Shown here in pieces: positions 1 through 9,417 of a DNA stretch of 64,000 nucleotides (its first letter is position 1; the number at the start of each line of letters is the position of its first letter). Where the stretch lies: the NCBI GenBank assembly GCA_045562535.1, contig JBJKVP010000006.1:88413-152412 (forward strand), given 5' to 3'. A model generated the notes under the pieces. It made no database searches. It was not told where the DNA came from and saw only the letters and a program-made list of their open reading frames with translations. Position numbers and translations under genes: made by a program. Source of the DNA: Dehalococcoidia bacterium (GTDB lineage Bacteria > Chloroflexota > Dehalococcoidia > UBA6926).

Positions 1-20
1 GAGGTCGACGTATATATAAA

Positions 21-1046
21 CTAGACTAAAGATTGGCTTAAATCAGCAAATTCTTGAAGTTTAGATAAGCCTTCACCAGAGTCTAAAATATGCTTTGCTT
101 TTTCCACACCTTCTTGTAGATTTTCGACATTTTCTGCAGCCATCAACGCCGCGGCAGAGTTTATCAAGACGAAATCTCTATAGGGCCCCTTTTCTCCCCT
201 TAAGGTCTCTAATAATATTCTTTTACTTGATTCTATTGTTCCAGATTGGATTTGATCGATGGTTACTAGTTTGAGGCCATAGTCTCGGGGATCAACTTCA
301 ATGATTTTAGTAGGGGTTCCGTCACTATATATACCCATAATAGATGGTCCGCATAGGCTAATTTCATCCATAGGCCCTTCTCCATGAACCACTATGGCTT
401 TTTTTGTTCCTAGATATTGAAGAGCATCTGTTATGACTGGAACGAGGTTAGGGCTAGGGACTCCTACTAATTGATGTCCTGCGTTAGCAGGGTTAGTTAA
501 AGGCCCTACGATATTAAATATGGTTCGTATTCCTATTTCGCGCCGCGCATCGTTTGTTAAACGCATGGCGGGGTGGAATATGAAAGCGTACATAAACCCT
601 ATGCCAATTTTGTTTATACACTCAGCTACCCCTTCCGGCCCTAGATCAATCTTCACTCCCATTGATTCAAGTAAATCACCAGAGCCACATTTCGAAGAAA
701 TGGCTCTCCCACCGTGTTTTGCGACTCTAATTTGGGCTGAAGCTGCAACTATCGCGGAAGCAGTGGAAACGTTAAAGGTTTCGGAGCCATCTCCACCAGT
801 GCCACAAGTGTCTAATAAATTCATTGGATCACTGATTTCAGGAGTTAATGATTTTTCGCGCATGACCATTGCCAAACCAGATATTTCGTCCGAGGTTTCC
901 CCCTTCATTCGAAGTGCTACTAAGAATGATGCTGTCTGTGCATTTGTTGCAGATCCGTTCATTATTGATTCAGCTGCTTCTACCATCTGCTTTTGGCTTA
1001 AAGACTTTCCTTGAAGTAAATGATCAATGCATTCTTTTATTTCCAT
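21..1046 (-). CDS. trpD: anthranilate phosphoribosyltransferase
   Basis: ORF 21..1079 with TrpD signature LLDTCGTGGDGSETFNVSTA and TrpD-like sequence over its full length. Start placed at ATG 1046 (MEIKECIDHL, GAGG 6 nt upstream) rather than the upstream ATG at 1079. Confidence 0.9.
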   Translation of the reverse strand: MEIKECIDHLLQGKSLSQKQMVEAAESIMNGSATNAQTASFLVALRMKGETSDEISGLAMVMREKSLTPEISDPMNLLDTCGTGGDGSETFNVSTASAIVAASAQIRVAKHGGRAISSKCGSGDLLESMGVKIDLGPEGVAECINKIGIGFMYAFIFHPAMRLTNDARREIGIRTIFNIVGPLTNPANAGHQLVGVPSPNLVPVITDALQYLGTKKAIVVHGEGPMDEISLCGPSIMGIYSDGTPTKIIEVDPRDYGLKLVTIDQIQSGTIESSKRILLETLRGEKGPYRDFVLINSAAALMAAENVENLQEGVEKAKHILDSGEGLSKLQEFADLSQSLV

Positions 1047-1166
1047 AACTGACCTCGATTTTCTTCGCCTGTACTCCATCTAATTGGGAATAGAGGATTA
1101 AAAATGGCGTATTTAGTATACTCCGTTTACTCTTCATAAATATGATTTTTTTTAAAGAGGTGAATT

Positions 1167-1970
1167 TTGAAGGTAGGAATTGTTGGTATTGGCTCAATAG
1201 GCGGTAAAGTTGCAAAAGAATTAGATAACGGAAAGATCCCTGGTATTGAACTGGTAGCTCTTTCTGCAAGAAATAAAGATCGCTTAGAAACTTTTTCGAA
1301 AGAACTTAGTAGTCCTGTTGAGATAGGAGATTTAAACAGCTGGGTTACCGGCTGTGATTTGGTTATCGAAGCTTCTGGTGCAGCGACTGTCGATGAGATA
1401 GTTCGCACTTCAATATCTAATGGAAAAGATGTAATGATTTTAAGTGTCGGAGCGTTAATTGAGAACGAACGATTGATGAAAGTAGCTCAAGAAGCTAATA
1501 AACGAATTCATATTCCATCAGGGGCTATAGCTGGGTTAGACGGAATCAAAGCAGCGGCACTAAGCGAGATACAAGAAGTTAAAATAATTAATCGAAAACC
1601 ACCAAGTGCGTTGATGGGAGCTCCAGGGGCAGATATTGCTCCAGTAAACCTAGATTCGATAACCAAACCCTATACATTATTTTCTGGTACCGTTGCTGAA
1701 GGGTACCGATTGTTTCCAGCAAATGTGAATGTCGCCGTAGCTGTCAGCTTAGCTGGCATAGGCGTAGAGAAGACGAAAATGGAGGTAGTTGCTGACCCTG
1801 ATATTAGTGTAAATATACATGAAATCATGCTTGATTCTTCTATAGGCCGCATGCATCTTTACATTGAAGGAAAAGCATCAGATGAAAATCCGCGTACCAG
1901 TGCATCTACGCCCTTTTCAGTTTTATCGTATCTGAGACAGATGGTATCTACTATAAGAGTCGGTACTTAA
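1167..1970 (+). CDS. nadX: L-aspartate dehydrogenase
   Basis: 267 aa, TTG start with AAGAGG upstream. Rossmann N-terminus KVGIVGIGSIGG. Blocks PSGAIAGLDGIKAA, NRKPP, LFPANVNVAVAV and VADPDISVNIHEI match Thermotoga-type NadX as I recall it. Confidence 0.8.
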   Translation: MKVGIVGIGSIGGKVAKELDNGKIPGIELVALSARNKDRLETFSKELSSPVEIGDLNSWVTGCDLVIEASGAATVDEIVRTSISNGKDVMILSVGALIENERLMKVAQEANKRIHIPSGAIAGLDGIKAAALSEIQEVKIINRKPPSALMGAPGADIAPVNLDSITKPYTLFSGTVAEGYRLFPANVNVAVAVSLAGIGVEKTKMEVVADPDISVNIHEIMLDSSIGRMHLYIEGKASDENPRTSASTPFSVLSYLRQMVSTIRVGT

Positions 1971-1995
1971 TAAAATAATATTGCACTTGGTATAT

Positions 1996-3756
1996 TTAAG
2001 GTCTTTTGAGTCTCACATCTATTATTGCTGATATGCCGTTTCGCGTTTGTGATAGACCTCTCTTTATTGCATCCTTGATTTCGTTTGGATCTTCTATGGT
2101 TTCTCCATATGCTCCGGATGCTTTGGCTAAGTCGGCATAGTTGGGTGATGGGGATATATCTAACCCAGGAAAAGTATTTATGCGCTTCGCCGCACTTTCT
2201 GGGTAAAATTTTTGTAAAGACCGCCGAGTAGAAAAGTGCTCACTGTTATTAAAAATTATTGTTAAAAACGGTGTTTGGTATTTCATGGAAGCCCATATAG
2301 CAGAAGTGGGTGCTCCATAAACAAATGCTCCATCGCCGACTAAAGCTATAACATCTTTCTCTGGTGCAGCTAACTTCACTCCTACAGCTGCACCTATTGC
2401 CCATCCAAGACTAGCACCACCACTAACTAGAAAGTCGCCATTTGCGTTTCGTGGCAATATATTATGCACTCGAGGTCTATTAGTGACCGTTTCCTCTAAA
2501 ATAATACTATTCTCTGGTAATTCTTCTGCGATGCACCGTATTAACCATTTTGGGTCGATGGGATTCTCTTCGGATAACTTTATATCTTCCTGTAGAAGAC
2601 GGGTTTGCCTTACTTCGTTATTTCGCTTTGTTTCAGCTTTTCTGACAGTGATTTTCTCCTGGTCATCTTCGTCCATGTTTTTTTGTAAGGATTCTAAGAG
2701 TTGATCCAGAGCTTTTGAAGAATCTGCTTGTAGAACAATATTCGCAGGGAACAATAGGAGGGGCATCGATTCTTTGACTGGCTCGATATCTATAGAAGCA
2801 ATATAAGCCTCATCTTTGGGATGAGCCTCTGCAGGTATCCAAGGTACGTCACAGTCTATTATTAGGATCATATCAGCGTTTTCTATGTGTTGTTCTGAGC
2901 TCATCCCTACCCAGGCTGGATGATCACTAGGAAAACCAAAACTTGTTGGAGTTGTTGTAACTTGAACGCCACAAATATCTGCGATTTTCTCTAATGAAGA
3001 GACTGAAACTTTGTTTCGTCCCGACCGACCCACGATAATAAGTGGGGAATCTGCTTCGAGCATTTTTCGAGCTATTTTGTCGATCGATTCTTGATCAGCT
3101 TGAGGAGTTATAGACATAGGATGTTTATTGGGTGATGGGAATTTTACACTACTAATTTTTTGCATCAAAGATTCTCTTGGTACAACTAAGTATACTGGCC
3201 CCGCAGGTTCGTTAGTTGCAACCTGCAAAGCTCGATTTATAACCACGCCCGTTGTTTCTGCGTTCCGTAGTTCATAATCCCATTTCGTGAAGGTTCTCAC
3301 TATTCCAGCTTGATCTCTTTGCTCTTGTATCCAGTGTATGGGGAGGTCTCGCCCTCCAGGAACTTCGTTAAGGAAAGTTAGAGGAGATCTCCCCGCTACT
3401 ATTAACATGGCAGCGCGCGATCGTTGCGCATTGTGTAGGGCACCACCTAATTGAGCTGTTCCAGCATCAACGTGAACTAGCACGGCTTGTGGTTTACCGG
3501 TAATTTGATAATATCCATGTGCTGCTGAAAGCCCCATAGATTCGTCAAGACACAAAATAACTTCCGGTACTTTTTCTCCACTCTCAATTTTTCTTGCTAG
3601 TGCTTCTTGAACAGGGAATGTGTCAGTACCAGAATTGATGAATATATATTCGACCCCGTACATTATCAGTGCTTCAACAAAGGCATCTGCGCCTTCATCT
3701 ACATGAACATCTATATAAGTTGAAGAAATGCTTTTCTTATCATCCATATTAACCAA
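1996..3756 (-). CDS. thiamine-diphosphate-dependent enzyme, acetolactate-synthase large-subunit-like (specific reaction unknown)
   Basis: 586 aa with a three-domain TPP-enzyme layout. C-terminal TPP motif GGASLGWAIGAAVGVKLAAPEKDVIALVGDGAFVYG...NN. No small-subunit gene is adjacent. Confidence 0.7.
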   Translation of the reverse strand: MVNMDDKKSISSTYIDVHVDEGADAFVEALIMYGVEYIFINSGTDTFPVQEALARKIESGEKVPEVILCLDESMGLSAAHGYYQITGKPQAVLVHVDAGTAQLGGALHNAQRSRAAMLIVAGRSPLTFLNEVPGGRDLPIHWIQEQRDQAGIVRTFTKWDYELRNAETTGVVINRALQVATNEPAGPVYLVVPRESLMQKISSVKFPSPNKHPMSITPQADQESIDKIARKMLEADSPLIIVGRSGRNKVSVSSLEKIADICGVQVTTTPTSFGFPSDHPAWVGMSSEQHIENADMILIIDCDVPWIPAEAHPKDEAYIASIDIEPVKESMPLLLFPANIVLQADSSKALDQLLESLQKNMDEDDQEKITVRKAETKRNNEVRQTRLLQEDIKLSEENPIDPKWLIRCIAEELPENSIILEETVTNRPRVHNILPRNANGDFLVSGGASLGWAIGAAVGVKLAAPEKDVIALVGDGAFVYGAPTSAIWASMKYQTPFLTIIFNNSEHFSTRRSLQKFYPESAAKRINTFPGLDISPSPNYADLAKASGAYGETIEDPNEIKDAIKRGLSQTRNGISAIIDVRLKRP

Positions 3757-3814
3757 CTCCTATAAAATCGAACCTGTAAACATCATACCATTCGCTACAA
3801 TCCGTCAATTAATA

Positions 3815-3891
<77 letters not shown>

Positions 3892-3991
3892 ACATTGGTT
3901 ATATTAAACCTATAATTGGGTAATTCCTATTGGTACTTATATTATCTATGCCCCAGATGTTCCATGTACCTTATCGATGTTAAGAGCTCTT

Positions 3992-4762
3992 TTATAAGAC
4001 TCCTTGAATTATCAGGCGTGATCCCATCACCAGAAAAGCAACCAAAAGAATTTTACGGAATGTATCTTGTGGTACCTTCTTTCGTATTAATTCTCCTATT
4101 CTGAATCCTATTAGTGTAATTATTAAACCTATTAGTGACTGTAGAGCTGTCTCAATGTTTAAAATGCCCGATATAAATAACCCGAGTGCTAAAGGTAAAG
4201 ACCCTGATAAAAATAAGAAACCCGTGATACTAATAAATTCATCTCTCGAATAGTTCTTGCTTATCAAATACATGACTACAGGCGGAGCCCAAATTGAACT
4301 TAACCCTCCTAGTATTCCTGCGCTTAAACCAAGGGGAACATGCCATTTATAACTGCTACCTACGGGCATTTTTATGCCAAACATTGTTTGTAACGAGAAA
4401 ATTACCATGGCAAATCCTATTGTCATGGTTAATAAAGATTGGGGGTACGAGGTTATAAACATTGAAGTAATTAAAATACTTATCATTATTGATAGCGAAA
4501 AATACTTATACGTAATCGCGACCCTTAAGGGGTTTGGGGATCGAATATATTGGGCAAAATTTGTCACGAAGATTGGGATTGTTAGTAAAGGTATTGCGGC
4601 TGTAGGTTCCATTACTAGTGTGAGTAGAGCCATTACAGTTGTTGGTAACCCCATACCAAGGAATCCTTTTATGATTCCTGCGACTAGAAACGTTGATATT
4701 AAAAAGACGAGTATTACAGGGTTTGCAGTGGGCAAGAATAGGTTTAGATATTCCATGTCCAA
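3992..4762 (-). CDS. TauE/SafE (TSUP, DUF81) family anion/sulfite-type permease
   Basis: 256 aa, about 8 TM segments, Gly-rich helices (GIIKGFLGMGLP, GILGGLSSIWAPP) typical of the TSUP family. TTG start with GGAGAG upstream. Confidence 0.7.
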   Translation of the reverse strand: MDMEYLNLFLPTANPVILVFLISTFLVAGIIKGFLGMGLPTTVMALLTLVMEPTAAIPLLTIPIFVTNFAQYIRSPNPLRVAITYKYFSLSIMISILITSMFITSYPQSLLTMTIGFAMVIFSLQTMFGIKMPVGSSYKWHVPLGLSAGILGGLSSIWAPPVVMYLISKNYSRDEFISITGFLFLSGSLPLALGLFISGILNIETALQSLIGLIITLIGFRIGELIRKKVPQDTFRKILLVAFLVMGSRLIIQGVL

Positions 4763-4790
4763 TTTATCTCTCCAAAACTAAAATATCGAA

Positions 4791-4829
4791 TCCGAAGACC
4801 GATGCTCTAAACCGCTGAGCTACGGGGGC
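4791..4829 (-). pseudogene. tRNA-Arg 5'-half fragment (positions 1 to end of anticodon loop only)
   Basis: Reverse complement is GCCCCCGTAGCTCAGCGGTTTAGAGCATCGGTCTTCGGA, 37/39 identical to 3853-3891. The following sequence (TTCGATATTTTAG...) has no anticodon-stem partner or T-arm. Confidence 0.75.
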
Positions 4830-4951
4830 CCCGATTTCTGCTTAATTATCCTATAATGTTTTTGACGTGATGAACAATATTTATCCGTAGCTTTTTTCGT
4901 AGCTATTGATATCAGGTGCAATATTTTTGGCAAATCTTAGATGGAGGGGAA

Positions 4952-5938
4952 ATGGCCATTTTAGTGACCGGTGGGACCGGATTTATAGGTAGCAACATTA
5001 TAAAAACTCTTGCTAGAAAAGGCCATAGCATTGTTTCTTTTGATCTGGTTTCTCCAGACCAACTGATGCAGAGCTATCTTGAACCTTGGCAAGATCAGAT
5101 CCAATATGTTCAAGGCGATATTCTAAAAGAGCAAGACCTTGAAAAAATAACAGACTTGGGTATTACTAAGATTGTGCATGCAGCTGTATTCACTGGAATC
5201 CTCCCTAAAATTGAAAGTGCTCAGGCTCGTTCAATCGTAAATATTAATGTTTTAGGGACCACTAATTTACTTGAACTAGCTCGAAAGATATCTCTGGAAA
5301 GGTTTTTATATATTAGCTCGGGAGCGGTATATGGAACAGGCAGGTCACCGGATGAGATTTTACATGAGGAGAGCCAGGTAAACCCTGATAATCTTTACTC
5401 TATGACTAAGTATGCGAGTGAACTACTTACAAAAAGGTATAGCGAACTTTTCGACTTTAATAGTGTGAGTGTTCGGCTAAGTGGACCATACGGACCTATG
5501 GAAAAAATTACTGGGCATAGAGTGAATCAATCTCTGATCAAAAATTGGGTTGGCCAGGCATTAAGAGGGGAACCTATAGAAATAGATGATCAATCCATAA
5601 AGTATGAAGCGACGTATGTTATGGATATTGCTGAAGGTATTGCTGCAATATTAGATTCTCCCTCACTTTCTTATGATGTTTATAACAATGCTTCAGGAAA
5701 ACAAAGTACATTTGGGGAAATACTAATGGTGCTGAAGGAATTATGCCCTGGATTAGAGGTAAAAGAAGTTTTGTTTGCTGAAGAACTTCATGCTATGCCA
5801 AAAGGGAGAGATAATTTGACTGATATAACTAGACTTAAGGAAGATGTGGGGTTTGTACCCCAATTTGGGCTTAACGAGGGAATAGCAGATTATCTTGAAT
5901 GGCACCGAACTTATAAAATAGCGGGAACTACTTTTTAA
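4952..5938 (+). CDS. NAD-dependent epimerase/dehydratase (extended SDR)
   Basis: ILVTGGTGFIGSNI Rossmann motif and catalytic YSMTK (YxxxK). Start moved to ATG 4952 (GGAGGGG upstream) within ORF 4916..5938. Confidence 0.8.
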   Translation: MAILVTGGTGFIGSNIIKTLARKGHSIVSFDLVSPDQLMQSYLEPWQDQIQYVQGDILKEQDLEKITDLGITKIVHAAVFTGILPKIESAQARSIVNINVLGTTNLLELARKISLERFLYISSGAVYGTGRSPDEILHEESQVNPDNLYSMTKYASELLTKRYSELFDFNSVSVRLSGPYGPMEKITGHRVNQSLIKNWVGQALRGEPIEIDDQSIKYEATYVMDIAEGIAAILDSPSLSYDVYNNASGKQSTFGEILMVLKELCPGLEVKEVLFAEELHAMPKGRDNLTDITRLKEDVGFVPQFGLNEGIADYLEWHRTYKIAGTTF

Positions 5939-5948
5939 GTTACATATT

Positions 5949-6434
5949 TTAGTTCTTGATTAACTTGGTTATGGAAACAGCATCTGGTTGTGCTCCTGTT
6001 TGTCGCCATAATTCATTTCCTTTCTCATCAAAGACTAAAACTGCAGGGACAAGTTGGATTTCATAATCCTCTCTAATTTTTCTGCCAGACTCAGTATTGA
6101 TGTCTACTCGAATAAACTGAGCTTTAGACTCCAGTTCTTTTTCTAGCCGGTCCAAGAGCGGCTTGGCTGAAAGGCATCCTAGTCAACGATTTGAATAAAA
6201 TGAAACTACCACCTTATCGCCCCCTCCAACGAGGGTTTCAAAATCTTGGGATTTTTGTAGGGAACTACTGTTGCTGCTTAAACTGATTTGAAGAAAACTT
6301 AAGCTTACTATAGCAATCAATAGGATGCCCCATTTCCAAATACTTCCTCCATCTAATTTCAACAATACAATAACGATGAACGCGATAATGAAACCAGAAA
6401 CTATCAGGAACGAATTTTCGTTAAGCGTATTCAT
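5949..6434 (-). CDS. membrane-anchored thioredoxin-fold protein with in-frame TGA (6183-6185) at the first position of the CxxC motif; candidate selenoprotein (U-L-G-C), or a pseudogene
   Basis: ORF fragments 6183..6434 and 5949..6155 are in the same frame, separated by TGA plus 9 sense codons. The joined protein has 2 TM helices followed by VVVSFYSNR-[TGA]-LGCLSAKPLL...FIRVDI...QLVPAVLVFDEKG. That is a thioredoxin/TlpA-like layout with a cis-Pro motif. The downstream fragment has only a TTG 'start' and no SD. Confidence 0.55.
6152..6166 (-). promoter_or_regulatory. hairpin CCAAG-CCGCU-CUUGG beginning 16 nt after the in-frame UGA (possible bacterial SECIS upper stem)
   Basis: Perfect 5-bp inverted repeat with a 5-nt loop containing G. 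The loop G lies 26 nt from the U of UGA. The stem is short, so this is weak evidence on its own. Confidence 0.3.
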
Positions 6435-6448
6435 AATGAATTTGGATT

Positions 6449-6691
6449 TTATCGATTATTACTGTTGTTATTTTCAGCAATGACATCGAGTAAAGCTAGA
6501 GCAGCGGCTTGAATTTGTGCCTCCATCTCAACATGTGTATCCCCATGCTCTTCTCTTCCATGACGATCTCGAGCATGAGCGAAAGGATCATATGTAGGGC
6601 TCTGAGGTTCTAAACGTTGCTGGTTTGCCTGTGTTTGTGCAAAGAGAAATTCCTTAAACTTTAGTTCTAATTCTTTTCTGGATAATGTCAT
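6449..6691 (-). CDS. hypothetical small protein (80 aa, His/Glu-rich centre HARDRHGREEHGDTHVEME)
   Basis: ORF lies directly upstream of, and on the same strand as, the thioredoxin-fold gene. I recognise no family. Confidence 0.4.
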   Translation of the reverse strand: MTLSRKELELKFKEFLFAQTQANQQRLEPQSPTYDPFAHARDRHGREEHGDTHVEMEAQIQAAALALLDVIAENNNSNNR

Positions 6692-6751
6692 AAGTGCTCT
6701 CCTTTTTACATTTATATTTGTTGTGTATAAAAAAGTTTTAATTCAAAAGGG

Positions 6752-6827
6752 GGTGGGCGATGGGATTCGAACCCACGATCACCAGAGCCACAATCTGGAG
6801 CCTTAAACCAGCTTGGCCACGCCCACC
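6752..6827 (-). tRNA. tRNA-His (anticodon GUG) with encoded G-1, no encoded CCA
   Basis: Reverse complement is G-GTGGGCGTGGCCAAGCTGGTTTAAGGCTCCAGATTGTGGCTCTGGTGATCGTGGGTTCGAATCCCATCGCCCAC-C. Anticodon loop TTGTGGC. Confidence 0.9.
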
Positions 6828-6942
6828 GCGATATAATTACATAGACGTAAGGCGTTTCTCAGTCTAACAATGGTTTAAATAGGGAGCAACAGTAAATTTT
6901 TTTTAACCATGCCCTTATAATCAAAACAACCAACAGTTCAGA

Positions 6943-8040
6943 ATGTTTTTGAATAAACAGGGGGTTAACTTGGTAGAATCCACAAATGGTAGATTAACAA
7001 ACGCATTAAACATTATAAAAGATAAGGATATTCAATCGGGTGTTCTAATCCTATCTGGGGTAGAACCTTTCCAAGTAGACCCAAGAGTTTCAACCTATAT
7101 CGAGTTGCCGCTTACACATAACAACACGGAACACGTTATGAGTCGATATCCAACGCAATGGAGGATACAGCTCTTGAATGGCAAGGAAATCAAACAAGAT
7201 CATTTAACGAGAGAAACACTTAATACTAATAAATGGGATTTTATTCATATCCCAGCAGTTTCATGGGAAGACAACTACAAGGATATGCGTACTTTGATCG
7301 AAGTTATCAGAAAACTGCGTGCACCTGATGGCTGTCCATGGGATAGGTCTCAGACCCATGAAACCTTGGCACCTTATCTGTTGGAAGAGACGTACGAAGT
7401 ATTAGAAGAAATCGACAATGATAATTCTAAAGGGATTAAAGAAGAACTCGGAGATATATTGTTACAAGTTGTTTTACATTCTGATATCGCAGAGGAGTCT
7501 GGAAACTTTGATATTTTTGACGTCATAGACTCTTTGATAAAAAAACTTGTTTTTCGTCATCCACATGTTTTTGGTAATGACGATGTAGAAACACCTTCGG
7601 ATGCAGAAGAGAAATGGGAGTCAATAAAAAGTAAAGAAAGACAAGGAGCATCCATAATGGAGGGTCTTCCAAGAGAATTACCGGCCTTATTATATGCTCA
7701 GCGAATGCAAAATCGAGCATCTAATGTTGGATTTGATTGGGAAACGGTAACCGGAGTTTTGGATAAATTAGTAGAAGAAGTAGAGGAATACAGGCAAGCT
7801 ACCTCAGATGTCGATAAGACAAAAGAGTTTGGAGATATTATTTTTACGTTGGTTAATTTAGGGCGTCACTTGAAGATTGATGTAGAGAAATCCCTTAGAT
7901 CTTCAAACAACCGTTTTCTTGAAAGATTCAAATTAATGGAAGGGTTACTGGAACGCGATGGTCTTAGTATTCATGATACAGATGGGCGAAAATTAGAGGA
8001 ATATTGGGAGATCAGCAAAGGTATTCTAAATGAACCATAG
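6943..8040 (+). CDS. mazG: MazG nucleoside-triphosphate pyrophosphohydrolase (YabN-like, N-terminal domain truncated)
   Basis: Two MazG repeats (LRAPDGCPWDRSQTHETL..EETYEVLEEID..ELGDILLQVVLH and a second EEVEE..EFGDIIFTLVNL). The ~110-aa N-terminal extension resembles only the distal part of the methylase-like domain of Bacillus YabN. Start is uncertain. Confidence 0.8.
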   Translation: MFLNKQGVNLVESTNGRLTNALNIIKDKDIQSGVLILSGVEPFQVDPRVSTYIELPLTHNNTEHVMSRYPTQWRIQLLNGKEIKQDHLTRETLNTNKWDFIHIPAVSWEDNYKDMRTLIEVIRKLRAPDGCPWDRSQTHETLAPYLLEETYEVLEEIDNDNSKGIKEELGDILLQVVLHSDIAEESGNFDIFDVIDSLIKKLVFRHPHVFGNDDVETPSDAEEKWESIKSKERQGASIMEGLPRELPALLYAQRMQNRASNVGFDWETVTGVLDKLVEEVEEYRQATSDVDKTKEFGDIIFTLVNLGRHLKIDVEKSLRSSNNRFLERFKLMEGLLERDGLSIHDTDGRKLEEYWEISKGILNEP

Positions 8041-8154
8041 TTTCCTAATGGAATGATCAAGCGATTGTTTAGGAATTTACAAGTGTTCATTATTTAGTGT
8101 TAGAATGACTGGTCGCAAGTTTTACATTAATTTTTCTTTGAGTACTAATATCAT

Positions 8155-9417
8155 ATGACCTCCAATATCGAGTCGTCCGCTGAAGAAAGCCCCAAGGTAG
8201 GTGCATTCGAATCATTTAAGTCGTGGAACTATACTTATTTTTGGCTCGCTTCCTTATTGTCCATAACATCATTTTTTATGTTGATGATCGCAAGAGGCTG
8301 GCTTGTATTCGATATGACGGGATCTGCGAGTATGGTCGGCTATGTTTCAGCAGTCGCGCAGACTCCCTCTCTCGTTTTGTCGGTTTTTGGAGGGGTAATC
8401 GCTGACAGATTTGATCGCAAAAAAGTCCTATTATTGAATGAAGCCATTAATTTCACAATACTTCTAATTTTGGCCATTTTGGTGGCTACTGATGTCGTAG
8501 AGGTTTGGCATTTGATGCTACTTGGACTAATTAATGGTATTACTTTCTCTCTTGCTTTCCCTGCTCGCGCTGCCATTGTTCCAAGTTTAGTTCCACCCCG
8601 AAATATAGCTAATGCCGTCGCTTTATCTTCGATCATGTTTAGCGGAGCTCAGCTTATAGGTCCACCTATAGCAGGGTGGCTTATATTAGTTTCTCCTGCC
8701 ACAGCATTTTTTGCAGCATCAGGATTTGTTGGTGTAGGGATTCCTCTCTTTATGCTTCTTAAGGTTCGACAAAGCAATAATGGGTACTCCGCCGCAGATG
8801 CATCTGTATTGGAGAATATAAGAGAAGGGGTTAAATTTATAAGAGGTAATTCTCTTATATTAGGACTGATGGCACTTGGATTTTTTGTTGTTGTTTTTGG
8901 GTTACCCTATCAAACATTTCTCCCAGTTTTTGCTGAAGATATATTAAAAGTAGGCCCTGCCGGCCTAGGTTACCTAGCAGGTGCAGGAGGTATTGGAGCA
9001 ATAGCGGGGTCTCTATTAATAGCGGCCTATAATACAGTTAATCAGATGAAGGCGTTTCTTGTCGCTGGAGCAATAGGTTTAGGCGTATTCATTATTGGCT
9101 TTTCACTTTCTGTATCATTTGCTTTGTCCATGGTCCTATCCCTTCTAGCTGGATTGTTTTTCCAACTAGTGATGACAGGAAACTTTTCGTTAATCCAAGT
9201 TTTGGTCCCAGATCAATTACGAGGCAGAGTACTTAGCGTTCGGTTCATTGTGTTTGGTATGACTCCAGGTGGAATATTAGCAGTCGGTGTTGCGTCTGAA
9301 CAAATTGGTACTGCGTACGCAACAGCTGCTACCGGAATGATATGCCTTGCTGGAGTGATCCTGTGCTTATTGATTTTCCCTTCTTTATACAAAAAAGAAC
9401 GGAATATAATCGAGTAA
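8155..9417 (+). CDS. MFS transporter
   Basis: 420 aa, about 12 TM, loop motif GGVIADRFDRKKVLL. Confidence 0.8.
   Translation: MTSNIESSAEESPKVGAFESFKSWNYTYFWLASLLSITSFFMLMIARGWLVFDMTGSASMVGYVSAVAQTPSLVLSVFGGVIADRFDRKKVLLLNEAINFTILLILAILVATDVVEVWHLMLLGLINGITFSLAFPARAAIVPSLVPPRNIANAVALSSIMFSGAQLIGPPIAGWLILVSPATAFFAASGFVGVGIPLFMLLKVRQSNNGYSAADASVLENIREGVKFIRGNSLILGLMALGFFVVVFGLPYQTFLPVFAEDILKVGPAGLGYLAGAGGIGAIAGSLLIAAYNTVNQMKAFLVAGAIGLGVFIIGFSLSVSFALSMVLSLLAGLFFQLVMTGNFSLIQVLVPDQLRGRVLSVRFIVFGMTPGGILAVGVASEQIGTAYATAATGMICLAGVILCLLIFPSLYKKERNIIE

Noticed and set aside
520-1014. Long antisense ORFs opposite real genes (for example 520..1014, 13814..14311, 21718..22176, 25789..26124, 27073..27447, 44366..45004)
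   Set aside because: Each lies entirely inside, and antisense to, a gene with strong family signatures (trpD, FAD monooxygenase, metH, purL, MFS). They have no SD or recognisable motifs and a skewed Ser/Pro/Arg-rich composition typical of shadow frames.
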